A stretch of 64,000 nucleotides of DNA from an uncultured Actinomycetes bacterium (GCA_937876415.1 CALEHE010000301.1:6389-70388); one strand, 5' to 3'. Shown: positions 27,777 to 36,371, counted from the first letter of the stretch. Translations and numbers: made by a program. Notes: generated from the sequence alone by a model not told the origin.

Positions 27777-29245
27777 CATTCAATCAATCAGCAAAAGATC
27801 GCGAGACCGAACTTGATCGTGGCTCTGCATTGCTAATGGTCCTGATTCTGATGACAGTCGGCAGCATCATCGCAGTTGGTCTGTTGACCTACGCCCGCGT
27901 TCTCCTTGATACCCGACCAGCGCTGCACGAACAGAATGCCGCGGCTGAGGCCGTGAAGTCTGGGACGCGAATGGCGATCGCTTTGCAACGAGATTTCGGG
28001 CCGTCGGCTTGTTTCGCCACATCAACAGATTGGTCGCTTAATGGATACAACGTCAACTCTTCATGCACCACCGTCACGAGTTACTCCACTGGCGCAAATC
28101 GTTACGGCACCATCACCACGCTTAACGCAGGAACGACAGCAAATATTTCAACCCCGGTATGGGCGGGCTCAACGACCACCGCATTGACTGGCAACATTCT
28201 TGTGAACACAGGAACATCCACTGACCCGCTCAGTAGCAATCTCATCAATGATGGTTCAACCACATGGACGAACACTGCACAACAGTGGTGGCAGATGGCT
28301 GGCGATAACCCCACCGGAACAAGTTGGGTCTATCCACAACTTCCGCAAATTCCCAGTTTTGTACGACCGGGTTCACAGGCGACGAACGGTACATGTTCGT
28401 TGTATTTTCCTGGCCGCTATGTAGGAACGACACCCCTCGCCCTCAACGGTGGTGTGCACTACTTTGCATCGGGCGTCTACTACTTTGAACGACCCTTGGT
28501 TATTACGGGCAGCGCCCAAGTTGTCTTTGGCGAAGGAAGTTACGCCGGATGTGCCGTCGATGCTCAAGCCGCTTATGCCGCAACTGCTCCAAAAAGCCAC
28601 GAGATCACTGGCAAAGGTGCGACCCTCCTACTAGGAAGTGGAGCGAGTTTGACGGTTCAGGAATCTTCCGTACGTTTCAATCGTCGAGTTTCAACGTCGA
28701 CAACACGTGGCAGCGAAGGTGTGTCAATTCGCACCGTCAACTTTGGCCAAAGCAATTCAACTGTTGAAGTCCCGACTGACACCGTTCTACTTCCAGACGG
28801 AACGACGACCTCAATTGCTACCCACTCCATCATTCCCGTTAATAATGCGACACCCGTTACGTATGTCTCTTCAACTCTCGCGCCAAGTACGTCTTGGGGG
28901 GTTGATGTTCGTCTCAACGGAACCAGTTCACTTACAAATCGTTTTCTCGTTGATGGCTACATTTTCATGCCGAGCACCGGCGTTCGCGCCACGAGCACGA
29001 CAGCCACGTACGAGTTCGGTATGACAGGCGGTGTCGTTGCAACAAAACTTCAGCTCGATCTCATGCTCGCACCGAACAAAGGAACCACTGCTTACGCAGT
29101 TGGAGTCATCAGCCAAACGATTCAGCGAAAAGTTCGTCTCGCGGTGTCTACAACCGACGGAATTCGCAATGCCGTATCTACTGCAATCGTTGAAGTTCAC
29201 GCCGACAAGAGTTATGCCATCAACTCGTGGGTTGTTGATCCCTGA
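27773..29245 (+). CDS. PilX_N-like anchored, Ser/Thr/Asn/Gly-rich secreted protein (putative pilus-tip-associated)
   Basis: ATGA overlap with the upstream gene. MTFNQSAKDRETELDRG/SALLMVLILMTVGSIIAVGLL resembles the PilX N-terminal domain and lacks Glu5. The remaining ~450 aa are beta-rich and low-complexity, with no recognised domain. Confidence 0.55.
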   Translation: MTFNQSAKDRETELDRGSALLMVLILMTVGSIIAVGLLTYARVLLDTRPALHEQNAAAEAVKSGTRMAIALQRDFGPSACFATSTDWSLNGYNVNSSCTTVTSYSTGANRYGTITTLNAGTTANISTPVWAGSTTTALTGNILVNTGTSTDPLSSNLINDGSTTWTNTAQQWWQMAGDNPTGTSWVYPQLPQIPSFVRPGSQATNGTCSLYFPGRYVGTTPLALNGGVHYFASGVYYFERPLVITGSAQVVFGEGSYAGCAVDAQAAYAATAPKSHEITGKGATLLLGSGASLTVQESSVRFNRRVSTSTTRGSEGVSIRTVNFGQSNSTVEVPTDTVLLPDGTTTSIATHSIIPVNNATPVTYVSSTLAPSTSWGVDVRLNGTSSLTNRFLVDGYIFMPSTGVRATSTTATYEFGMTGGVVATKLQLDLMLAPNKGTTAYAVGVISQTIQRKVRLAVSTTDGIRNAVSTAIVEVHADKSYAINSWVVDP

Positions 29246-29264
29246 TCAATCTAGTGATAGCTGA

Positions 29265-30137
29265 TTAGCCAGCCAAAACGGCGCGGGCTACTAGATCGGT
29301 TCCGAATGCGGTCAAGATCGCGAGATACATCAACCCAGTTGCGGCCATCACCGCTGAATACGCCCGTTCTTGCAAGGCCTTCAAGGTGACCACAGCCAAG
29401 ACTCCCGTTGTGATTGCACACGCCACCCAAAACCAACCGAGCTGCCCGCCCCAACCATCGTCAACTGATCCAGTGAAAACACTGAACATTCCCGTCGGAA
29501 TCAACATAACGATGACTTCGAGGGGCCAGATAAACAAGAACGCTTTGACAATCTCGTTGACATGACGCCGAGGTAGCCCCGGTTGAACGAGATACCAGTG
29601 CCCTAACAACATCGCATCAGAAACGAACCCCAAGAATGCTGCTCCGACAATTGTTCTGATAATCGCTACTGCGTCATTACCACCATCTGAAACACCCGCG
29701 GCGATGAGGGCGATCAAACCGAATGCCACCGGGGCGAGATCAAGTAACGGCGCAAATTCCTTACCCTCACCGACTTCTTTTTCCGCACCTTCGCGGTCAA
29801 TCCCGGTCATCTCGGCGATGCGCTGTGATCGACGATCATGTTCATCGACAAATCCGCTCACGCCAGCCTTACGTCGAACAATACTCTGACCGAGGCCGAG
29901 TGCAATAACACCGGTCACTGCGATGGCGGCAAAGTTACGAATCGTTTCAGATGTGGACGATGGAGAAGTTGAGGCAAAACCGATGTACACCGAGGCGCCA
30001 GCCATCAACACATAGATACCGCGCAATAGCCACCCGTAGCCCAAACCCACTTCGCGGTGACGAGTCGTAAACCAGCACCCCAACATGCCGCCGACGGCCC
30101 ATTGCAGGAGCACCGTGGAGGCATCTAGTTCAATCAC
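29265..30137 (-). CDS. integral membrane protein, unknown function
   Basis: 290 aa with about 7-8 hydrophobic helices split by a charged loop (RRKAGVSGFVDEHDRRSQRIAEMTGIDREGAEKE). No family recognised. Confidence 0.5.
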   Translation of the reverse strand: MIELDASTVLLQWAVGGMLGCWFTTRHREVGLGYGWLLRGIYVLMAGASVYIGFASTSPSSTSETIRNFAAIAVTGVIALGLGQSIVRRKAGVSGFVDEHDRRSQRIAEMTGIDREGAEKEVGEGKEFAPLLDLAPVAFGLIALIAAGVSDGGNDAVAIIRTIVGAAFLGFVSDAMLLGHWYLVQPGLPRRHVNEIVKAFLFIWPLEVIVMLIPTGMFSVFTGSVDDGWGGQLGWFWVACAITTGVLAVVTLKALQERAYSAVMAATGLMYLAILTAFGTDLVARAVLAG

Positions 30138-30219
30138 ATCCTTTACGCTACGAGAACAATGACTCGCTAAAACAATTTCTGTTCAGGTTTCAAACGACGT
30201 TTAACTCTAGGATTCAACC

Positions 30220-30876
30220 GTGTCGTCATTTCGTCTCGCCCAATTGGCCACCGTTATAGGAATGTGCGCACTCATTCTCGGCGGCTGCTTTACGGGTCAA
30301 CGCCCTACTCTGGTACCCACCGAAACGATTCCGCCCATTTCCGATGCAGCTATTCACGACGTCGTGAAGGTTCTTGAATCCGACCCAATGGCCGCATTCA
30401 CCATCACCTACGGAGTTGTCACTAAGTATGGCGATCTTCATACCGCGGTGTCACTTGCTCATGATCCCGCGTTTGGGACGAGCATCACGATTGCCGAGGT
30501 GCGCTATATTTACTTGGCCAATGGCACGGCGTTGACGTGTTCAACAATCACCAGCGACTGTTCACCCGGAATTGATGAATCACGAGTCTCAGATCGCCAG
30601 TTGGTGTCAACGATTTTCAAACAGGCAAGCGTTGATCGTATGCAGCAAGACTCACGAGTCGCAGTCGGTTCGGCAGTTGCCTCGCAAGAAGTCATCGTGG
30701 AAAACAGTGCGATCTGTACCGCAATTCCGGTCGTTGATGGAAACGGCGCCACCCAATCAAAGCGTTATTGCGCGTTTACTCAATTCGGAGTGATTGCTTC
30801 GATGGATACTGCCGATCTCGCCGTCACCGCTTTGTCACACTCGGCAACAACCTCAGCCGATCAGTTTTCGGCCTAA
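30220..30876 (+). CDS. putative lipoprotein
   Basis: Signal peptide with a lipobox (ALILGG/C). 218 aa, GTG start. No family recognised. Confidence 0.55.
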   Translation: MSSFRLAQLATVIGMCALILGGCFTGQRPTLVPTETIPPISDAAIHDVVKVLESDPMAAFTITYGVVTKYGDLHTAVSLAHDPAFGTSITIAEVRYIYLANGTALTCSTITSDCSPGIDESRVSDRQLVSTIFKQASVDRMQQDSRVAVGSAVASQEVIVENSAICTAIPVVDGNGATQSKRYCAFTQFGVIASMDTADLAVTALSHSATTSADQFSA

Positions 30877-30881
30877 GTTAT

Positions 30882-31589
30882 TTACTCAGTTGGATCGCCA
30901 AAAGCACTGCGCTTCATCGAACGAGTATTCAAGATCTTTACTTCGACGAATTGGCGCGGTCGTGGCGAATGAATGACCGCTTGGCCAACTCCGAGCCACA
31001 TCATCACATGACCCGGGTAGCGCAGAAGATCTCCGGCTTGTGCAGTGTCAAATGTGCGCGGATCCGCCGCCCGAATCTGCCGAGTCGAATTACGCGGAAT
31101 ATTGAAACCTGCTTGGCTCCAAGCAAAAGATGTCAAACCCGAGCAGTCAAATCCAACACCTGGTTTCATGGCGAAGCGTTTGTACGGAACACCCACTTGA
31201 GTTAACGCGGCGATCAACGCGGTTTGATGGTTGATGTCTGAGTCAGCCCAAGCAGCTTCAAGTTCATCGGCATTCAGCACCAAACGATCAGCAATCAGTT
31301 CGGCCACTTGGCGACGCAATCGAACAAAAGTGGCACTTGGTTCTTGACCACGATTAAATCGAAATGAGTCTTGTCGCAATTGATTGAGCGCTTGATAGGC
31401 GGCCATCGCCACGGGGTCAAATCTAGGTATGGCAACAGCTGCCGGCAATTTCGCCGACATCGACTCGGCCGAAGCGATCGGCGCCAGAGTTGGGCTGAGC
31501 GTTAACAGAGCGGTCACCACGCCCACGACGGCCAGACCTCGACGACAATGACCCGTCACCCGTCGGTTGTGTCTCGGTGAATCGATCAT
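30882..31589 (-). CDS. NlpC/P60 (C40) family peptidoglycan peptidase
   Basis: The C-terminal domain has the catalytic Cys context (GVGFDCSGLTSFAWSQAG) and His (YPGHVMMWLG). The N-terminal signal peptide contains RR. Confidence 0.8.
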   Translation of the reverse strand: MIDSPRHNRRVTGHCRRGLAVVGVVTALLTLSPTLAPIASAESMSAKLPAAVAIPRFDPVAMAAYQALNQLRQDSFRFNRGQEPSATFVRLRRQVAELIADRLVLNADELEAAWADSDINHQTALIAALTQVGVPYKRFAMKPGVGFDCSGLTSFAWSQAGFNIPRNSTRQIRAADPRTFDTAQAGDLLRYPGHVMMWLGVGQAVIHSPRPRQFVEVKILNTRSMKRSAFGDPTE

Positions 31590-31697
31590 TTCTCATCTCC
31601 AATCAGTCATTCCGAACAATTTTTGACACGATATCGCAACACAACTGTCACATTTGTTGCGCCCCCGACATATTTGGGCCAGGAATTGCGTCATGTG

Positions 31698-32345
31698 ATG
31701 ACAAAAGTGCTGGTCATCGGGCAAGATAAAAGGGTGGAAATTTCCTCAGATCATGAGTCACACTCCCCGCCGACCGACTCGGTGGCGGTGCTACTAGCCG
31801 CGGGCGCGGGCTCACGATTTTTGGGATCTGAACACAAACTTCTCGCTACTTTGCCGAATACGGATGGCAAAAGTATTTTCCAGACGTCTTTACAACAGGT
31901 CCTAGAGGCGGGCTTTGCGACGGTCATCGTGGTGACTGGCGCCGCCGAAATTCCTGCCACCATGCTGGCGCATCGCAACGTTGTCGTCGTCCACAACAAC
32001 CGGTGGGCCGACGGGCAAAGTGGGTCTGTGCTGACGGGCATCCGTGAGGCCCAACGCCTAAATGCCCGTGCCGTGGTCGTTGGTCTCGCCGATCAGCCCT
32101 TTGTCACCGCCGAAGCATGGTGCCGGGTTGCCCAAGCCCCCACCCCGATTGCTGTGGCCACCTACTTTGGTCGCAACGGCAATCCCGTTCGACTTCATGA
32201 ATCAATCTGGGAATTATTGCCAAAATCTGGCGACTCTGGAGCCCGAGATCTCATCCGCCTGCGTCCCGAGCTCGTTTCGCAAGTAGATTGCCCTGGTTCC
32301 GCGGCCGACATCGACACGCAGGAGGACCTTGCGCAATGGACCTAA
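31698..32345 (+). CDS. MobA/MocA-like nucleotidyltransferase (molybdenum cofactor cytidylyl/guanylyl-transferase family)
   Basis: Contains AVLLAAGAGSRF...KLL, then ADQP and a length of about 200 aa. The start is uncertain, since ATG 31698 gives a long N-terminal tail. Confidence 0.65.
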   Translation: MTKVLVIGQDKRVEISSDHESHSPPTDSVAVLLAAGAGSRFLGSEHKLLATLPNTDGKSIFQTSLQQVLEAGFATVIVVTGAAEIPATMLAHRNVVVVHNNRWADGQSGSVLTGIREAQRLNARAVVVGLADQPFVTAEAWCRVAQAPTPIAVATYFGRNGNPVRLHESIWELLPKSGDSGARDLIRLRPELVSQVDCPGSAADIDTQEDLAQWT

Positions 32346-33046
32346 ACCACACTTTCACCGTCAATCAACCCATCGCCGAAACCTGGGTTGTTCTCACCGA
32401 CCTCGAGCGCATTGCGCCTTGTTTAGCCGGTGCTGAACTACAAGAAGTACACGGCGACGTTTTCAAAGGCGGAGTCAAAATCAAAGTTGGGCCGATCGTT
32501 GCCCAGTTCAAAGGTGAAGCACAATTCGTTGAATTAGACGAGGTCAACTTTCGCGCCCACCTCAAGGCATCGGGCCGTGACATTGGTGGCAAGGGCAATG
32601 CCTCTGCAACGATCACTGCCCAACTCACCTCCATTACGCCGACGAGCACTTCAGTCAACGTTGTGACCGATCTCGCCATCACTGGCAAGGTCGCACAATT
32701 TGGACGCGGCGCACTTGCTGACATCAGTGAAAAACTCATCGCTCAATTCGCTGACAACTTGAACGCCTTGATTGATCGTGAAGGTGGCGCTCCGGCACCT
32801 TCAGCCAGCGCGCCAGTCACTGCTGCTTCAGCCACTGAAACGCCGTCCACTGGCAAGGTCACCGATCCTTCAGCCGAAGAGCCCAAGATTCGTAAAATTG
32901 AAGGCCCCGCCGCCGAACCGCTGAACCTCCAGTCGGTCGCTGGTGGCGCCGTGATGAAGCGACTTCTTCCTGTCGCTGGAGCAATCTTGGGTGTGCTCTT
33001 GTTCATCGTGCGTCCCTTACGCCGGCGTCGCAATCGCGAGAGTTGA
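32336..33046 (+). CDS. CoxG-like SRPBCC protein with C-terminal membrane anchor
   Basis: MDLNHTFTVNQPIAETWVVLTDLERIAPCLAGAEL...KIKVGPIVAQFKGEAQF matches the CoxG family. An Ala/Pro/Ser-rich linker is followed by a terminal TM helix (LLPVAGAILGVLLFIV). It overlaps the upstream gene by 10 nt. Confidence 0.75.
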   Translation: MDLNHTFTVNQPIAETWVVLTDLERIAPCLAGAELQEVHGDVFKGGVKIKVGPIVAQFKGEAQFVELDEVNFRAHLKASGRDIGGKGNASATITAQLTSITPTSTSVNVVTDLAITGKVAQFGRGALADISEKLIAQFADNLNALIDREGGAPAPSASAPVTAASATETPSTGKVTDPSAEEPKIRKIEGPAAEPLNLQSVAGGAVMKRLLPVAGAILGVLLFIVRPLRRRRNRES

Positions 33047-34446
33047 ACAACGACCTCATTGCCAGTCCTCACGATCGAGAGTTAGTCACCCAACTTCTCG
33101 GACGAGAGCCACATAGTGCTTTTGCTGTTGTCGTTCGCGATAGCAACGGAATTCCTGTCGTCATTAAGAACGCCCCATTTCTCGCCGATGGCACACCGAT
33201 GCCAACGCTGTATTGGTTGTGTTCACCCGAAGTATTAGTTGCAGTCAGTCGTCTTGAGGCAGCGGGCGGGGTCAACGACGCCGAAGCGCAAGTTGATTCC
33301 AACGAACTTGAAGATGCCCACCGGCGTTACCAAGCCGAACGCGACGCCTATATTCCTAGCGATCATGATGGCCCTCGCCCATCAGGAGGTGTCGCTGGCA
33401 CCCGCATCGGCGTGAAGTGCTTACACGCTCATTATGCGTGGCATCTCGCAGGTGGCGATGATCCGGTCGGTCGCTGGGTTGCCGAACGTATCGATGGACA
33501 ACACATTGAGATACCTGAAGGAAATTTCTCAAGGGGCAACGTGGCCGCAATCGATATCGGAACAAACTCGACCAATTTGCTCATCGTTGATCACAATGGA
33601 AAAACCCTTAAACGGCAAGTCAATGTGACCCGACTTGGTCAGGGCGTTGACAAGACTCAAACACTGTCACCAGATGCCATTGATCGAACTATTGAATGTC
33701 TCGCGAAATATCGCGAACTTCTTGATGCTCATGGTGCACCTCGCTTGCGAGTTGTTGCATCAAGTGCATCACGCGATGCAGCCAATCGTGATGACTTCTT
33801 TGATCGTGCCGAACAAGTCTTAGGTGTGCGACCCGAGTTAGTAAGTGGCGAAGAAGAAGCTCGTCTTGCTTACCGTGGCTGCACATCACATGTCGATGTT
33901 GACAAAAACAGTCACCTCATCATTGACATTGGCGGCGGATCAACTGAACTCATCGTGGGCACAACTCAGCTGTCGCGCGCCCACAGTATTGATGTTGGTG
34001 CAGTTCGTATGACTGAACGACATCTGCAACATGATCCGCCGCTGCCCGAAGAACTCTTGAATGCCATCGGCGAAGTTCAAGATTTGTTTGACGATGTCGT
34101 ACGAGTCAACCCCTCCATTACCCATGTTCCACAGATCATCGGAACAGCGGGAACGATCGTCACTATTGCCGCAGTTGAACTCGGTCAACAGGTATTTGAT
34201 GCCGATGAACTCCATGGCTTCCGACTGACACGTGACGCAATCGAAGATGTCTTCCGCACTTTGGCAACAGAACCGCTGATTGATCGAATTCATAACCCTG
34301 GCCTACCTCGCGATCGAGCCGATGTCATCGTCGGTGGCTGTTGTGTGCTCGTTGCTTTGATGCGCACTCTTGACGCAGATGAATTGATTGTCTCAACAAA
34401 TAACATTCTTGATGGAGTTTGTGCTGAACTGCTGAGCAACATATGA
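33043..34446 (+). CDS. DUF501 domain fused to Ppx/GppA-family phosphatase
   Basis: The N-terminal ~150 aa are DUF501-like (VVIKNAPFLADGTPMPTLYWLCSP, GVKCLHAHYAWHLAGG). The rest is the Ppx/GppA ASKHA fold (VAAIDIGTNSTNLLIV, IIDIGGGSTELI). TTGA overlap with the CoxG-like stop. Confidence 0.8.
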   Translation: MNNDLIASPHDRELVTQLLGREPHSAFAVVVRDSNGIPVVIKNAPFLADGTPMPTLYWLCSPEVLVAVSRLEAAGGVNDAEAQVDSNELEDAHRRYQAERDAYIPSDHDGPRPSGGVAGTRIGVKCLHAHYAWHLAGGDDPVGRWVAERIDGQHIEIPEGNFSRGNVAAIDIGTNSTNLLIVDHNGKTLKRQVNVTRLGQGVDKTQTLSPDAIDRTIECLAKYRELLDAHGAPRLRVVASSASRDAANRDDFFDRAEQVLGVRPELVSGEEEARLAYRGCTSHVDVDKNSHLIIDIGGGSTELIVGTTQLSRAHSIDVGAVRMTERHLQHDPPLPEELLNAIGEVQDLFDDVVRVNPSITHVPQIIGTAGTIVTIAAVELGQQVFDADELHGFRLTRDAIEDVFRTLATEPLIDRIHNPGLPRDRADVIVGGCCVLVALMRTLDADELIVSTNNILDGVCAELLSNI

Positions 34447-35069
34447 GCACTTTTGATTCCCATCCAACGCGCGCCAATGCAGGCCTTCGGTTATATGGCC
34501 GCCGCGTCTTAATGCGTCCATTGGTACCATCTGATTTTGCGGCATGGTCCGATGTACGGCGGCGCAACCGTCAATGGCTGACCATCTGGGAACCACAGAA
34601 AATCAAGCATGCGCCCGATCCAGAAACCGATCGCGATGCATTTAGTGCACGATGCAGCATTCGCGATCGCGAACGGCAAAACGGTACGGCGTACACCTTC
34701 GGACTCTTTGTCAACCAAAACTTTGCCGGCGAGGTCAACCTCAATTCCGTGCAACGCGGCGCGTTAATGACCGGAACGATTGGCTACTGGATTGATCAGG
34801 CCCAAGCGGGACAGTCATACATCGCCGAAGGTGTCGTGGTGATGTGCCGTTATGCGCTCGAAGATCTTGGCTTACATCGCATCGAGATTTGCATCGTTCC
34901 GCGAAACAGCAACAGCCGACGAGTCATGGAAAAACTCAACATCCGCGACGAAGGCACCGCACTTCGATTCCTTGAGATCAACGGTGTTTGGGAAGACCAC
35001 ATGCGTTACGCGATTACCGCCGAAGAATGGAACGAACGGCGCGACGAACTATCGGAACGCTGGTTTTAG
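34443..35069 (+). CDS. GNAT family N-acetyltransferase (RimJ/RimL-like)
   Basis: ATGA overlap with the upstream gene. Contains GTIGYWIDQAQAGQSYIAEGV and LHRIEICIVPRNSNSRRVMEKL, typical of RimJ-like GNATs. Confidence 0.8.
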   Translation: MSTFDSHPTRANAGLRLYGRRVLMRPLVPSDFAAWSDVRRRNRQWLTIWEPQKIKHAPDPETDRDAFSARCSIRDRERQNGTAYTFGLFVNQNFAGEVNLNSVQRGALMTGTIGYWIDQAQAGQSYIAEGVVVMCRYALEDLGLHRIEICIVPRNSNSRRVMEKLNIRDEGTALRFLEINGVWEDHMRYAITAEEWNERRDELSERWF

Positions 35070-35071
35070 TT

Positions 35072-35100
35072 CCTTGCTCAATCAGGCTGATTGAGCAAGG
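35072..35100. terminator. perfect 14-nt-arm palindrome between convergent genes (possible bidirectional terminator or binding site)
   Basis: CCTTGCTCAATCAG-G-CTGATTGAGCAAGG starts 3 nt after the GNAT stop and covers the stop codon of the minus-strand ORF at 35082. There is no clear U-tract. Confidence 0.35.
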
Positions 35101-35402
35101 TTGCGATATGCCGCAGCTTTTTGGCGACGCACCGTGGTGCGGCGCTTCCATTCCTTGACCTTCCAGTGTCGCAAGTTGCGAGCATGGTCAAGTTTTTTCA
35201 CTGCTTTTTCCGCATCGTGATGGTGGAGTGGTTTCCACTTAGCCCCCGGTTCGATCACATCGTCGGGTTCGACTCCGTGACTCACCAATTCGGCCAGTTC
35301 GTGAAGCTCACTGTTGACACGGTGACGTTCGCCGTGGGCGTGGGCCCGCTGCTCGGCTCTCGGCAGCGGTACCGCTTCCTGACTTCGATGGCGCTTGCTC
35401 AT
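35082..35402 (-). CDS. hypothetical basic/His-rich protein (106 aa)
   Basis: ORF with plausible coding composition that fills the gap between convergent genes. No family recognised. Confidence 0.4.
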   Translation of the reverse strand: MSKRHRSQEAVPLPRAEQRAHAHGERHRVNSELHELAELVSHGVEPDDVIEPGAKWKPLHHHDAEKAVKKLDHARNLRHWKVKEWKRRTTVRRQKAAAYRNLAQSA

Positions 35403-35535
35403 TCGGTCCTCCTTACAGGCTCCGTTGAACTCCCCTTAAGAGAACCGTACAACAATTCAAGGAAAAAGCAAGTCACTTTTTTCGGGACGTTCGTCCCAAA
35501 TCTGTGCTGATTTCAGCGGCCCATATGTGAGCGAA

Positions 35536-36345
35536 CTATTTCTTAGATGAGATCTGATTCTGCAAGGCCGCAATGCGTTCAGCAAACCATGGTTGACGGG
35601 TGCTCCACAACTGCGGTGTTAATTCACGCTCGACCGCCACTACATGTTCTGAAACATCAGCCATGGCTTGAATGGTCTTTTTCGTTTCGATCACCAATTC
35701 ACGTGGAGCCGATGCTGCTCGTGCTGCCATTGCATGCGCAACAGATTGCAACTGATCGTCGTCAACACAACGATGCACGATGCCCAGGCGCTCTGCTTCG
35801 GCTCCGTCGACAACTTCGCCGAAAATCACTGTTGCCATAGTTGTTTGTGGACCAGCGATGCGACGCAGCATCCAGGTGTGACCACCGCCGGGATGAATGC
35901 CGATTTGTAAGAACCGCGTGTCAAACTTTGCACGTCGGGCCGCAATACGAACATCACAACCAAGAGCCAAGTTCATACCTGCTCCAACGGCCGCACCGTT
36001 AACGGCAGCCAAAGTTGGCAATGGACTGCGAGCGATACGCAAGAAACCTTCATAAATATTGCCAAGGCTTTCAGCTGAACTTTGTTGCAGGTTGCCAAGA
36101 TTCGCTCCCGCACAAAAAGCTGGTGCCGTACCCGTCACAACGATGGCACCTACATTGTTGTCATTCTCAATGCGGTCCATCGCCGAGATAATTTCGGCCA
36201 CAAGTGGAGCGGTCAAAGTGTTGCGCTCACCTGGATTGTTCAAAGTGATTGTTGCAACGCCATCGGCGATGTCAAGTAATACGAGAGAGTCGTTAGTTGT
36301 CACCCGATTAGTCTCGCAGAATGATCGTTCGGTTCTGATATCCAA
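35536..36345 (-). CDS. enoyl-CoA hydratase/isomerase (crotonase) family protein
   Basis: ITLNNPGERNTL and the oxyanion-hole segment VTGTAPAFCAGANL are crotonase-fold signatures. The start is uncertain between TTG 36345 and GTG 36303. Confidence 0.85.
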   Translation of the reverse strand: MDIRTERSFCETNRVTTNDSLVLLDIADGVATITLNNPGERNTLTAPLVAEIISAMDRIENDNNVGAIVVTGTAPAFCAGANLGNLQQSSAESLGNIYEGFLRIARSPLPTLAAVNGAAVGAGMNLALGCDVRIAARRAKFDTRFLQIGIHPGGGHTWMLRRIAGPQTTMATVIFGEVVDGAEAERLGIVHRCVDDDQLQSVAHAMAARAASAPRELVIETKKTIQAMADVSEHVVAVERELTPQLWSTRQPWFAERIAALQNQISSKK

Positions 36346-36371
36346 ACGGTTCGAGGCAATAAGGTTAAGAC

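Noticed and set aside
31590-31697. A ydaO-type c-di-AMP riboswitch upstream of the NlpC/P60 hydrolase, a common arrangement in actinobacteria.
   Set aside because: The leader is only about 108 nt, and I could not recognise the conserved ydaO pseudo-symmetric core strands. This is unverified without a covariance-model search.
35484-35497. The hairpin GGGACG-TT-CGTCCC, next to a T6 run, as the terminator of the enoyl-CoA hydratase gene.
   Set aside because: The T-run precedes the hairpin on the plus strand, so it follows as an A-run on the minus strand. Neither transcript would carry a hairpin followed by a U-tract.
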